Source of the DNA: Mobula hypostoma
Taxonomy: Eukaryota
Direction of reading: 5' to 3'
DNA: 60,000 bases
Assembly: GCF_963921235.1 (NCBI RefSeq)
Contig: NC_086097.1
Coordinates: 54,314,001 to 54,374,000 of the forward strand
Under the pieces are notes generated by a model. It did no database searches and was not told where the DNA came from. It was given only the letters and a program-made list of their open reading frames with translations. Numbering within the stretch: the first letter of the stretch is position 1; every line of letters starts with the position of its first letter. Both the position numbers and the translations under genes were made by a program. Shown here one piece after another: positions 1 through 13,538 of the stretch.

Positions 1-2385
1 CCTCCACAGCTGTATGTGGCAACGAATTCCACAAATCCACGACCCTCTGGCTAAAAAAATTTCTCCTCATCTCTGTTTTAACTGGGTACCCTCCAGTTCT
101 ATGACTATGGCCTCTCTGTCCTGGACTCACCCACCAAGGGAAACAACCTTCCCACATCTACTCTGTCCTGCTCCTCTACCTATCTTGGTGTCATCCGCAA
201 ACTTAGCCACAAAACCATTTAATCCATAATCCAAATCATCGATATACATTGTAAAAAGAAGCGGCCCCAACACCGACCCCTGCGGAACACCACTAGTAAC
301 CAGCAACTAATCTGAATAGGATCCCTTTATTCCCACCCTTTGTTTTCTGCCTATCAGCCAATGCTCCACCCATTTCAATATCTTTCCTGTAATTCCACAG
401 GCTCTCTTCTTATTAAGCAGCCTCATTTGCGGCACCTTATCGAAGGCCTTTTGAAAATCCAAATACACAACATCCACAGCCTCTCCCTTGTCAATCTTAT
501 CAAGATTACCTCAAAAAATTCCAATAGGTTGGTGAGGCAGGATCTTCCCTTCATGAAACCATGCTGGCTTTGGCCTATCTTGTCATGAACCTCGAGGTAT
601 TTCATAACCTCGTCCTTGAGGATTGACTCCAATATCGTTCCAACTACCGATGTCAGACTAATAGGTCTGTAATTTTCTTTTTGCTGCCTCCTTCCTTTCT
701 TAAATAGTGGAACTACATTTGCGACCTTCCAGTCCTCCGGAACCATGCCAGAGTCTATTGATTCCTGGAAGATCATTTCCAATGCTTCCACAATCTCCAA
801 AGCCACCTCCTTCAGAACCCTTGGGTGCACCTCATCCGGACCGGGAGACTTATCTACTCTTAGTCCATTTAGCTTCCCAAGCACTTTCTCTCTAGTAATC
901 TTGACTGTACCTAATTCTATTCCCTGATACCTCTGGCTATCACGTATATTGCTCATGTCTTCCACTGTGAAGACTGATGCAAAATACTCATTCAGTTCCT
1001 CCGCCATCTCTTTGTTATCCATTATAATTTCTCCGGCATCATTTTCAATCAGTCCCGTATCTACCCTTGTCACTCTTTTACTCTTCATATATTTTTTAAA
1101 AAACTCTTAGTATCCTTTTTTATGTTAAACGCCAACTTCCTTTCATAATTCGTCTTTTCTTTCCTTAATGACTTTCTTAGTTTCCTTCTGTAAGTTTTTA
1201 AAAGTCTCCAGTCCTCATTTTTCCCACTAATTTTTGCTTTCTTGTACGCCGTTTCTTTTGCTTTTATTTTTGCCTTAACCTCTCATTAGCCACATTTGTG
1301 CCATTTTTCCATTCATGATTTTCTTTTTTCTTGGAATATATTTTTCCTGCATTTTCCTTATTTCTTGTAGGAATTTCATCCAATTCTGCTCTGCCATCCC
1401 TCCATTTAGCTTACTTTTCCAATCGACTTGGGCCAGTTCCTCTCTCATACCACTGTAATTTCCCCTGTTCCACTGAAATATCGATACACCTGATACCAGC
1501 TTCTCCTTTTCAAATTTGAAACTGAACTAATTTCCCCTGTTCCACTGAAATATCGATACACCTGATACCAGCTTCTCCTTTTCAAATTTGAAACTGAACT
1601 CAATCATATTATGATCACTACTTCCAAGGGGTTCCTTTACCTCCAGCTCCCTAATCGCCTCAGGTTCATTACACAGCACCTAAACCAAAACAGTCCCCTG
1701 CTGGGCTTCTGGACAAGCTGCTCCAAAAAGCCATCCTGTAGGCATTCTACAAACTCCCTCTCCTGAGATCCATTACCTTCCCGACTTTCCCAATCCACTT
1801 TCATATTAAAATTCCCCATAATTATCTTGACATTTTCCTTCTGACACGCTTTTTCTATTTCCAGCTGCAACTTGTAGTCCACATCCCGGCTGCTGTTTGG
1901 AGGCCTGTATATAACTGCTATTAGTGTCTTTTTACCCTTGCCATTTCTTAATTCTACCCATAAGGATTCTACCTCTTCTGATCCTATGTCCCTTCTTTCT
2001 ATTGATTTGATATCGTTACTTACCATCAGGGCCACGCCACCCCCTTTACCTACCTTCCTATCTTTCCTATACACTGTGTATCCTTGGATATTCAGCTCCC
2101 AATCACAAGCATCATTTAGCCATGACTCCGTGATGGCCACAATGTCATATCTTTTAACCTGCAGCTGCGCAGCAAGGTCATCCACTTTATTTCTAATGCT
2201 GCATGCATTTAAGTACAGTACATTTAGATCAGTATCTGTTGCCGATTTTGCTATATTTCTATTTTGTAGCAAATTATCCTGTATATTCACGAGCCTGTCC
2301 TTGCCATCTTTGCTGCACAGTATTTTTGACTTATTTCTGTTTTCCTCTTCCTCAACCCTAACACTTTATTCTGGATACTTATTAA
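1..2385 (-). mobile_element. CR1 LINE, decayed ORF2 (APE endonuclease and RT), inside a CDKN3 intron
   Basis: ORF 1637..2290 has YLNACSIRNK and IAITESW (APE). ORF 423..1088 has KSPGPD, NYRPISLTS and QHGFMKGRSCLTNLLEFF (CR1 RT). Frameshifts and an internal deletion are present; ends approximate. Confidence 0.92.
1456..1600. repeat. Perfect 72-bp tandem duplication within the CR1
   Basis: aatttcccctgttcc...gaaactgaact starts at 1457 and again at 1529. Confidence 0.95.
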
Positions 2386-2633
2386 GTATTTCTTACATTC
2401 ATTCATTTTTCTTTTTTACATTTGCAGTTTGTTGTCTTTCTCACACTGGCTGAATGCCCAAGGTGGTGCATCCTTTTATTGATTGTGTTAATAGTTATTA
2501 CTTTATAGATTTACTGGTTATGCCTGCAAGAAAATTAATTATGAACTTTGATATGGATATTTTGATCAAACTTTGACCATTGTGACATGAAAATGTCAAG
2601 TATATTAAGCAATTCTCTGATATATTTTTGCAG

Positions 2634-2665
2634 ATGTTATGGAGGTCTAGGACGCTCATGTCTAA
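2634..2665 (+). CDS. CDKN3: CDKN3/KAP phosphatase, catalytic-motif exon (CYGGLGRSCL)
   Basis: ttttgcag acceptor and gtaagt donor; 32-bp exon encoding the CX5R loop; phase joins the next exon. Confidence 0.93.
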
Positions 2666-2798
2666 GTAAGTGCAAATTTCTGCTCCTGTGTCTTGTAATT
2701 TTCTTTCAGCCCCTGCCCCAACTCAAAGTGTACCCAATTGAGAAATTCTATTTAATGACTGATTATACCTTGTGTATTTTCATAAATTTGTGTTTTAG

Positions 2799-2902
2799 TT
2801 GCTGCATGTCTCCTTCTTCAACTGGCTGATACTATGCTACCAGAAGCAGCAATTAACCTTCTTCGTGAACTAAGAGGAACCAGAGCTATTCAAACTGTCA
2901 AG
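2799..2902 (+). CDS. CDKN3: CDKN3 penultimate coding exon (IAACLLLQLADTMLPEAAINLLRELRGTRAIQTVK)
   Basis: ttttag acceptor and gtaaag donor; resembles human VAACLLLYLSDTISPEQAIDSLRDLRGSGAIQTIK. Confidence 0.94.
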
Positions 2903-4576
2903 GTAAAGTGGACTATAAAGCTTCTCACTACCCTTTCCTTCTGCTACCACTTTTCTAGTTAATTGATTCTGGCTGGAAAAATCTTCAGGTGGAAGGAAAA
3001 TTCTTGTATTTCCAAGATGTCTAAAGTTCTGTATTGTCACATTCTTGTACGTTTTTTTAAAGACTGCCGCATTTTAAATTAAATGCAATTAAGAGACCAG
3101 AAGCTAAATTATCTGTACAAAGTTGTTCACTGTTTTGCTCTGCTCAGATTTTGATAGATTGCTCTAGCCTAAAAGCTCATCTAATCTCCCTTTGACAAGA
3201 AAGCAGGAGTCCTGCAGCTGTGCCCCCTTTCCTCTCCTGTCACCTCCCATCTGTTGTCTTCCTTCATCTCCTTTCTAAGGCTTAAGGCAACTGAGTTGCT
3301 GTTTAGCTTCAGTATCTATTATTATTACTACACTTGAACAAAGCACTTTAATACTTGGGTATCTGCTGTCTTTAGGAAGCAGGACAAGGCATCAAGATAG
3401 ATTAAAGTTACTCAGCACTCCAAGGCACTTGCTGGCTACTGAAGGCAATGAAGATTCCAGTGTGGGTATTTAAGGTTTTTTGGAATAGCTCCAAGATGCT
3501 ATTTTAGTGTTTACATTGAGGCATATAGAATTCTGAACTCTGGCTGGACAGTAGAACAAGGGGGAACCAACTCAGGCCATGAACTTGGCTATTTAGGAGC
3601 ATGATAAGAAATTTCAAGGTTGTTAATTGTGTCCTCAAAGTTGGAGAATTGTTTTTTAATATATTCAAAACTGATCAAAATAAGGAGAGGAAATCATGTG
3701 GGCAAACCAAATACAAAATGAGTTATGATCTTAATGCTAAACTGAAGGAGCAAAGGCCTACATCATCTATTTCCAACCTCAAACACCAGTGCATACTCTG
3801 CCTTTTTAAATGAACTGTAGCTACCCTTAACAATGCAAATCCCACTTTCTCTGATCTTATAGTCACAGCTCCCAAACCCCAAATCTTACTTTTAACTCCT
3901 CATGATTACTTTCCTCCTTAAGCCACATATTGCTTCTGCTCAACTGCCAGCTTTTCTTTACAGCAGACAGTGACATAATAAAACACATTTTGAATTTGTA
4001 ACCCTTGGACAAGCCTAAATACAAGACGTGTATCTGTCACAAAATAGGGAGAGCAACAGCCTAATTCAGTGTCAATAAGACAGCATATACCACTTGCTCA
4101 TTCCCACTAGATAACTTCAGCTATCCTTCTACCCTCCATTTCTGCAGTTAGAAGGCCAGCTAACCAAGAGACGAATGAGCTATTAATTCCCCCTGGGATC
4201 AAGAAAATGGAGTAAAATACAAGTGTGCCACTTAAAAATACCACAATCCTTGAACTGCAACATACTGTATGTAATACAATGAGAATATACTGTAGGCGAA
4301 ATCTGACTTCATCATGGAGATTCCTTAGAAATGTCCTTCAGAGCTCCAGCATCTTCGTTCCAGAAGGCAACTGCTATGGAACAGGGCTACCTCTGCTATT
4401 ACACTCGTGCACAGTACAAACAAACCATTCATTTTCTGAAAGCTTGGTGCCAGCAAACAATGTCATAGCATTCAATTCTGGGATAAGAGTTAAGTTAAAG
4501 GTGATTTGAGCTTGTCTATTTAGGAATTAGTTTTAGTAAAGAACTGTAAAATGAATGTTTCTTGTTTGTTTGACAG

Positions 4577-4666
4577 CAATATAATTACTTGCATGATTTT
4601 CGAGATAATCTGGCAACATACTTGGAAACAAAGGAAGACTCGCCATGTCGATCAGTGTCAAGATGA
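4577..4666 (+). CDS. CDKN3: CDKN3 last coding exon (QYNYLHDFRDNLATYLETKEDSPCRSVSR*)
   Basis: tgacag acceptor; QYNYLH...RSVSR* terminus as in human; TGA at 4664-4666. Confidence 0.94.
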   Translation, partial: QYNYLHDFRDNLATYLETKEDSPCRSVSR

Positions 4667-4951
4667 AGGTTAAATGCAGAAATTTCAGACTGTATTGTCA
4701 TTTGTAAAATTGTAAATACTATATTAACTTTTTGATTTAAAAACAAATCTTCTAAACAATCAATACTTAAGACTTGAAATTATTGTACACAAACTGATTA
4801 TCCAAATACATAAATTAGTACAAAGAATAACTTGTATTCAGCAACTAAATGGGTTGAATTCAGTTCCAATAGGAGCGTTATTCTTTGTGTATTTTGAGTT
4901 CACTGATGAACTGGGCCACTCCGAGACTTCAGTTGCTCCTTGTATATTATT

Positions 4952-4957
4952 AATAAA
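4952..4957 (+). terminator. Candidate CDKN3 polyadenylation signal
   Basis: AATAAA about 290 nt downstream of the stop codon. Confidence 0.45.
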
Positions 4958-6431
4958 ATTAAGTTACAATCAACTAATGGAAGTTACCAATGTTGACATT
5001 CAAAGTATAGGTAGCTTAACTATTTTCTACATTAGTGCATTTGCTCTTAAGAAAATGCATTTTCCTTTACCCCATCTTAAAAGAAGGATCTTAGGAGCAA
5101 CATACACTTTCTTAACATTGTCAGTGCTTTGCCCAGGATTGTCCAAAAATAGGCAAACTGGGTAACTGAAATGGAATACTGGAGTAAAAAACTGAAGAGG
5201 TGGTGCTGCTGCCATTTTTCTATGAACAACCATGGGTTCCCAGATACAACTTGAAACACAAGGGAATTCTCCTGCTCCAATATTGACCAATTAACCAGAT
5301 TCTGATTTAGTGATATTGAGTATATAATTTACAATAGTAATTTCATTTAACTGTTCAATTAGCTAAAAAGTACCTTAATACTTTTCATGGCGTGTGACCA
5401 CAGCCAGAAGTGAGGAAATCTGGCTCGTTTTATTTTAAGTTTCAATTTTCAGCATATAACAGTTTGATTATACATATTCTCTCCACCATAAACAGACTCA
5501 ATCTGTAGTAACACAGTGGATCATTTGCTCTATTTTTCCAAGCATCAGTTCTAAAGACTATCCAATCCCATCGTCCCTTCAGTTATTTATCTAATTCACT
5601 GTAGAAGTTTTTAAATCTAATCTACTTCCACTGCCATTTCAGGTATTGCATTCTAATTTATAAATTGCAACATAGAAATTGTTTTATTCTTCTATCCAAT
5701 GATTTCATTTTCCCTGTGACACCAAATTCAGTTACTTGCTGTCTTCCTAGCAGAAGCAAATTTTCTCCCAAAACTATTCAATTTCAAACATCTCTAAAAT
5801 CTTCCATCAATTTTCTCAGCTCCAAAATAAGCAACACACAGAAAATTTCCTTGGTGCACTGAGGTCTTGATGTTTCCTTGGAAGAATGAAGCCCCAGATT
5901 AGGCAATGTTCCAATTGACTAAATGGTGATTTGTAAAAGTTTAGTCTAAGTACCACCAGATACACTCCAGCAGTTCCCAAATCTGATATTTACACAAGCA
6001 AGAAAAACAGGGTACTGTTGTCATGGGGAGACAATCATCTTCAAGATACTTGAACAAGAGATCCAAATGAAATTATTAATAAATTCAAGTAGTGCAACCC
6101 ACAGCCCCATTGTAGATGCAGCTCTTAGTTGTCTTAAAAGAAAAACTTGAGGTGTTACAAAACTTGAGCTCTCAGTCTATTTTAATTTGTCAATTTGATC
6201 TCATGCTCATTGACAAGGCTGTATACTGGCACAGTAAAAACAACTTGCATCTACATAGTGCCTTTCTGCACACATGAAACAAAGTATGAAAATTTATTTG
6301 CAATAAAGTTGATGCAATGATATATTCAAGTATAAAGTAGCATAATTGGGATGTCTGTCAAAACCTACTTAAGCAAATGAAATGCTGACATATGGTAATG
6401 CTTTCAAAGTGCTGTTGAACTTTTCTGGAGT

Positions 6432-6919
6432 AACACATAAAGGCTGAAGGAGCTCAGCAGGTCAAACAGCATCTACAAAAAGGAATAAGGAGTTAATGTT
6501 TCAGATAAGAGTGGACCATAGGAGAAAGGGACGGAGGAGAGACACAAGAGGAAGGTGATAGGAAGATAAGGAGAAGAGATGAGAAGTGAGTATACCCTTT
6601 TCCTATCAACTTCTCTCTTCTTCAGTGTTTACCTTTTCCATCCATCTTCTAGCTTCTCACATCACCTCCCCTTCTCCATCCCCACCTACCTACCTACCTT
6701 ACCCTTCACATTGCTTCACCTATCACTTGCTAGATTATACTCCTTCCCCTCTCCCAAACTCCTTATTCCAGCTTCTTCCCCATTTCTTTCCAGTCCTGAT
6801 GAAGGGTCTAAGCCAAAAACATTGATTCTATTCTTTTTCATAGATGCTGCCTGACCTATTGAGTTCCTCCAGCACTTTGTGTGTTACTCTGGATTTTCAG
6901 CATTTGCAGGATCTCTTGT
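6432..6919. mobile_element. Penelope-derived remnant with two 3' ends in inverted orientation
   Basis: The left arm (ctcagcaggtcaaacagcatcta) is the reverse complement of the right arm (tagatgctgcctgacctattgag). A degenerate hammerhead lies at about 6791-6826. Confidence 0.75.
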
Positions 6920-7325
6920 ATTAATTAAATTTTCTAAATATTTTTGTCAGGGCAATGGAAAGGGCCGCACTTATTCTCATGCAACATGTTATTTGTCAAA
7001 AGACTCATCATACTTGGCTGCAAGATCATTTACATTGTAAACAGTTCGTAATTTTGTCATAAACATCTTAACTGAGAAAATAAACAACTTTGGAAACAAA
7101 CAATACACAAAATATACAGTGACTTGGTGAACAGTCTTTGATCAATTTCTCCATCTCCATGTGATTTTCAGGACATGAAAGTTTAAGGATTGCCTAAATA
7201 ATGCTAAATCTCAATTTGTTAACTGGGGCATTTTTAATATTGCACACAACACTTAGCCCTTTGTACGTCAATAACAGTATTACTGTCTATGGTTCACCCA
7301 ATGCTGTTCATTTATATTTAAAGCT

Positions 7326-7331
7326 TTTATT
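7326..7331 (-). terminator. Candidate CNIH1 polyadenylation signal
   Basis: tttatt on + (AATAAA on -), about 900 nt past the stop; an alternative lies at 7483-7488. Confidence 0.45.
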
Positions 7332-8232
7332 TACGTATTGAGAAATAACATACAGCTATAAGTGTACCACACATGGTGACAGCAAATCTTTTTTTTAAAC
7401 AAACCAAATTCACAGAACTTTCCTATTATGGGACTTTGTTTCAACTTCTAAAATAAATTCAGAAAAAGATAGGAGACTTAAATTTATTATGCCATACTGT
7501 AGTTCAACTTTGAATATATATATAGCTCAAATCAATGGAGTATTTTGGCACTGTCACCACAGTTAAAACAGCTCAACACCATTTCCGAAAGTAAGAGAAA
7601 ACTTTACTTAAAAAGACACACTACAGAATTTTCAAATTAAAATTTATACCTAAATGAATCCTTTCTCATGCAAAATATGACCATCATTGGTTATATTCGT
7701 CACTGCTTCTGGGAGTACAATATCAAGCCATTTTTAAAAAACTCTGCCCACAGTGTGAACAACAAAGTTAAATTCACTAAAACAAATTGATGTTTTATGA
7801 GATTTAACTACTCAAACAATATCTGGATATCCAAATGTGTTAGCCAATTACATTTTTCAAACATTTTGGCCTAATTACATTACATAATATACCCAGATTA
7901 TTTCTAAATTACATAAGAGTGCTGTTTGAATTTTATATTCAAAATGTAATCTTGCAATAATTGATTTTCATACAAGTTCAAACATAATTCAGACTTTTGG
8001 GTCAAGGCAAATCAAAGAAATCCTGCACAGGCAAAAAATTACAAAGTCTGGAGGTGAAAAGTTCATGAAAAGTGAAGGAAAGCATTTAATCTGCATATAT
8101 GAAAGCATGTTGTATCTGATGAGTTATAGGTTAAGTTGATGAACTCAAGTTCTCAAAAAACCACCATCATCCTTTTGTTTCCTTCGTGGAGTGCACAGCT
8201 TCATTGGATCTTGGAAATGTTTTTTTTTTATT

Positions 8233-8260
8233 TTAAGAACTCACCAGCACATAGATCATT
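8233..8260 (-). CDS. CNIH1: Cornichon homolog 1 exon 5 (G)MIYVLVSS*
   Basis: ttttacag acceptor, then A ATG ATC TAT GTG CTG GTG AGT TCT TAA. Confidence 0.95.
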
Positions 8261-9820
8261 CTGTAAAACATTAAAAATGCAAAAATCTGTCAAAATAATA
8301 TTCCATTTAGTAATAGTAACCAAATTCCTTTTAGTGAACTTTACTAATGTATTTATTAAGTTGACTATATCACTCTCAATTTAATCACTCTTCAAGCATT
8401 AATTCCGTCCTTTCTAGAAACTTCCCTGTATTAACTGAAATAACATTCATTTTTACAGTGCTATTATTTTAGTTAACAAAGTACCTAAAATAATGGAAAT
8501 CGGTCTGTCATCTTGAAAGTGACCACCTCTCCCAATTACTTTTTTGTCCATATTACTTCCCTCTACAAATCTGTTCTTATATACTCCAGTGCACTGCCAC
8601 ATTTCTAAAGTCGTTGACTATTAAGGGAACCAACAGATAAGGAATTAATACAGCAAAATAGCACCCAGGTAAATAATGAGCGATGATCTTCTTGAGTGGT
8701 GGAGTAAACTTTTGTGTTCTCCAACACAAGCAAGCCAATGAACTTTTCAATCGTTATCCAATTTTTCTCTGTTCTAATCCTGTCAGTTTAGAGTACCCTC
8801 AGCTTCCATAGGAAAAAAGAATAAGCAGTGAAAATGTAATGACATCCTTCACTCACCATCTAATTAATTTATATTATATAAGTCTTCAATCCTTAATGTA
8901 AAAGTTAGAGATCAACTTTCACAAGGATTAAAATTTTCTCATTCCATTGTTTCAAAAACAGCACATAAAACATTTATAGATCCTTCCAATATTTAAAACA
9001 CCTCTCCATTGACTGTCCATGGTTTCTTATCTAATCTGATTTTGCCATCCCCTCTAATCTCAAATGAAAAATCGCACATCTTTAACTTATCTAAAGATGA
9101 CACAAAATAATTTATTTCATATGAGACTTTTTCTCTGATCAATTCCTCATTGTATATCTAGCCCTAATTTGGTGAAAACTTGAATGCTCTCTACACTGGA
9201 CTTAACAGTGGTGCAAAATACATAATTGCATGAGGTGAGATTGAATTTTCAGCCCGGACAGGATGATCTGACAGCTCTATTCACCGATCATCAGTGATAC
9301 CAGTCTCCATCCAATTCTGTTCACACCACATGAAAGCATGAAGCAATTTAGTAAAATAGATGCAGCCAAGGTAATGGGCACCAAAACCAATTTTGCTGCA
9401 GTACTCAAGATTTGAGCATCATCGAACCACATGCTTGAAAATTAGTCAAATATGTCCCAGATTTCAAGCTTGAGCCCAAAGACCCAAAAACTAAATGCAA
9501 AAAAAAACGACACCTCCTTAATTTATTATGGGAACTCACTAAAGAATTACATTATTTCTCTTTCTCTTTTATCATCCGTGGGGTTTCAAATCCCAAGATT
9601 AATATTTACAAATTACAATTTCTCATTTCTTCAATTTGCAGTTTCATGTTTTGCTGAAGTTTCTCAATGGAAAATACTCAAAGGAAAGATGTAAAATTAT
9701 GCCTTTACCTTAACAGTTAAAAAAATCTATCACTCAAGCAAAGCATTTTGGTGATGCACAAGGAATAGAAAATAGGTCAAAAAATATTCAAAAGTGTAAT
9801 TCACTTTGACACTAACTTAC

Positions 9821-9964
9821 CCATATAGGTAGTAAAAGAAGGACAACAGATAAAATGCTAGTTTGCACCATCCTTCCTTCTGACAGTATGCTAGTATATC
9901 AGCATTCATAATAGTGGTTGGATCATAGAGGCCTGGGACACTCATCACTGGTCTTGTCATGTAC
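9821..9964 (-). CDS. CNIH1: CNIH1 exon 4 ([48 protein letters not shown])
   Basis: tgcag acceptor and gtaagt donor; 144 bp; cornichon signature. Confidence 0.97.
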
Positions 9965-10299
9965 CTGCAAAGAGAAATATCCTGATTAAAAAAGAAAACA
10001 TTGTCAAATAACATGAAAATCTCATTTTCTATTATTGAATTTAAAACTGATAAAGATAAAAATCAATAAATTTTAATCATTTATAAAACATGGGAATAAT
10101 AGGATAATAACCACATCCTGCTAGTGTTAATACTAGATGAGCTCTCCTAGCTTTCTGCAACTAAAACCATCAATAAAATTCTCTATTCCCTTCTCCTTTG
10201 CTCCTATACTTGTCCAAGTTATCCTTAAATGCATTAATGCTACTCTTTTCAGTGACTATGTGGGTCAAGTTCCACATTATCAAAAGAAAAAATTTACTT

Positions 10300-10500
10300 G
10301 AATTACCTTCACTTCCCTCCCTCCCTTCCCCACCACCATCTTATTCTGACTTCTGTCCCCCTCCTTTCCAATCCTGTCAAAGGGTCTCGGCTTGAAACTT
10401 TGATTGTTTCTTCCCCTCAACAGATGCTGCCTGACTTGCTTCATTCTTCCACCATTTTGGATGTGTTAATCCAGATTTCCAGCATCTGCAGAATCTGTCA
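10300..10500 (+). mobile_element. Penelope 3'-end fragment with degenerate hammerhead
   Basis: agggtctcggcttgaaac...cagatgctgcctgacttgct...gatttccagcatctgcag. Confidence 0.7.
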
Positions 10501-11093
10501 TAGTTCTGAATTCCTTATTGGATGTCCTGGTGATGGAATGATGGTATCTAATTACACTCTACCTCACAATTAGAATAAATCTCCCATTAAATACTTAAGA
10601 TCCATAACTTTTAAAGATTACTAGGAGGTCACCTTCAGTGTTTTCTCAAAAGAAGAGACCAGTTTGTTCATCCTTTTCTGATATACAAATTCTTGCATTT
10701 CTTGGTTCATCCTTCTCTATACCTTCTCCAGATTTGTTTCTAGCTGTATTAACCAAAACAATATGCATTGTTCCAACAGTGGCTAATCAAGGTCAGTATA
10801 GGTTTAGCATTACTTCCTTATTTCTCAAAATAAACCATTGAACTCAATACACATTTAAAAATAAAAATTGCTTTGTACTGATACAAAGTACTTTGATTGC
10901 TTTGAACCTGTGTACTTTTAGTGACTGATACTCTATGAATCATTTGTTCAAAGCAAATTATATTTTATAGGATTTGCATAGGATCACACATTTTCATATA
11001 CTTTAGCAAGGGATGAGATCACATTTTCACTTAATTGAAATAGGGTTACAGTACATTAACAAAACTGTAACCATTCATGGTACAGTAAATATA

Positions 11094-11625
11094 CACTGAG
11101 GTTACTTTATTAGGTACTTGTTAATGCAAATTTCTAATCTGCCAATCGTGTGGCAGCAATTCAATGCATAAAAACATGCAGACATGGTTAAGAGGTTCAG
11201 TTGTTCAGAACATGGAAGAAATGTGATCTAAGTGACTTTGACAGTGGAATAATCGTTAGTACTATACAGGGTGGTTTGAGCATCTCAGAAACCGTGATCT
11301 GGGATTTTCGTGCACAATATTCTCTAGAGCAAGGGTTCCCAACCTGGGGTGCATAGACCCCTTCCTTAAAGGTATTGGTCCAACGTAAAGGTTAGGAACC
11401 CCAGCTATAAAACATCCAGTGAGTTCTGAGGAGAATGGCCAGTCTGGTTCAAGCTGACAGGGAGGCAACAGTAACTCAGATAACCACGGGTTACAACAGT
11501 GGCGTGCAGAAGAGCATACCTGAATGCACAACATGTAGAAAATTGAAGTGGATGGGCTAAAGCAGCAGAAAACCACACCGGGTCACATTAGATACTCCTG
11601 TACCTAATAAAGTGGCCACTGAGTG
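11094..11625. mobile_element. Non-autonomous Tc1-like element containing a nested ~75-bp hAT-like MITE (11330-11404)
   Basis: TA flanks; TIRs cactgag..actttattaggtac and gtacctaataaagtggccactgagtg. Inner TIRs are caagggttcccaacct and aggttaggaaccccag. Confidence 0.75.
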
Positions 11626-11744
11626 TACTTGGTAGTTTGGTACAATCAAACATTCCTCTTCCATCAATTTAAAAAATTGAGGGCCTCTTTAATTGAATGC
11701 TTAAAATAATGAAAAAGCACAGTAGAAACCATCACCTGGTGGTA

Positions 11745-13330
11745 AATAGTTTATTATTGTCATTTGCACCAAAGTACAGTGGAAAAACTTGATGAAAAAC
11801 TAAGTGAAAACCTTTTTTCGCACACCATTCATACAGATCAATTCATTTAAACAATGCAATGCATAATAAAACAATAACAGAAGGCATAATTCAGTGTTAG
11901 AAGTTACAGATAAAGTGCATTGCAGATACATAATAAGATGCAAAGTCGTAAGGAGGTAGACTGTGAGGTCAAGAGTCTCTTATTGTACTAAAGATCTATC
12001 CAAGTCTTATAACACTGGGACTGAATCTGTCCTTAAGCCTGGTAGTACATGCTTTCATTCTTTTGTATCTTCTGCCTGATAAGAGGGAGAGGAGAGAATG
12101 ACCAGGGTGGGTGAAGGTTTTGATTATGATGGTTGCTTTACCAAGGTAATGAGAAGTGTAGACAGAGCCCATGGAAGGGAGGATGGTTCCAATGATATGC
12201 TGAGCTGTGTCCACAACTCTGTCGTTTCTTGTGGTCATGGACATACCAAGCCATGATGCATTACTATATGCATTGATTAAAAACTGGTAAAGGTCAAGGA
12301 GGACATGCTAGATTTCTTTAGCCTACTAAGGAAGTGGAGATTTTGTGGCTGTGGTGTCTACATAGCTAGACTAAGGCAGGCTACTGGTGATGTTCACTTC
12401 TAAGAACGTGAAGCTCTCAACTTCTCAACCTCAGCTCCAGCAATGTAAGCAGGAGCAGGTGCACTACCTCCTCTTCCTAAAGTCAATGACCTAGCTCTTT
12501 TGTTTTACTGCCATTGAGGGAAAGTTTGTTGTCATGACACCATGTCACTTAGGCTCCCCATCTTTCTCCTGTACTCCATCCAGCTCATCATTTTTTGAGA
12601 TATGGCCCATTATAGTAGTATCAGCAAATTTGTGAAAAATATTAGAGAATCTGGCTATACAATGACTATTCAGGGAGTACAGTAGAGTGCTGAGAATGCA
12701 GCCTTGTAGACACCAGTGTTGAGAATAGTTGTGGCAGAGGTGTTGCTGCCTATACTTAAAGATAACAGTCTATTGGTTAGAAAGTTAAGGATTCAAGAGA
12801 GGAGCTGAATCCCAGATTGAGGAGTCCAAAGATGAGACTGCTTGAAAATTATAGTCCTGAAAGTGGTTCTGTATTCAATAAACAATAGTCTAAGTTAGAT
12901 ATCTTTACTGTACTGATTCTCTAGAGATAAGTGCAGGGTCAGGGAGACGGTGTCTGCCACATACTGTTTCGGCAGTAGGCAAATTACATTGGGTTGAGGC
13001 TGTTTGGAGTTAGTGCGTGTCACAACCAGCCTCTCAAAGCCAAAGGTGGATGTCAGAGCCACTGGGCGGTAGTCATTAAATATTTCCCTTTTTTAGGTTT
13101 TAGGATGACAGTGGTCTTTGTAAAGCATGTGGGAACCTCAGATAGAAGCATGGAGAGGTTAAAAATGTCTGACAATCTCCCCCCCCCCCGGCCAGCTGAT
13201 TTGCACAGGATCCAAGAACATAGACAGTGACACCATCCTAGCTAGGTACTTCCTGCAGGTTCACTCTCCAGAAGACCGATCTTACATCCATAATAGTGAC
13301 CATTTCAGATGCATTGGAAGCTGTGAGGCA
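11745..13330 (-). mobile_element. Rex1/Babar-type LINE, decayed 3' part
   Basis: ORF 11996..12244 reads HPGHSLLSLLSGRRYKRMKACTTRLKDRFSPSVIRL. Confidence 0.8.
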
Positions 13331-13538
13331 GGTTTAATTTAGAGGATAATATTAGAGCTTGATCATTTATATCAATGATTCAGGAAGCTTTTTAAACCAT
13401 TTAATATGCCATGTATCTGGTGGAAATGTGGCTTTTTAACCCCCTTGCAAAGGGCTATAAATGGTCATAAATTCATAAAATCAAAATTGAGAAAAGCTTT
13501 CATTAAGGGACAGAGATAAAAGCACTTAAATGAGAATA

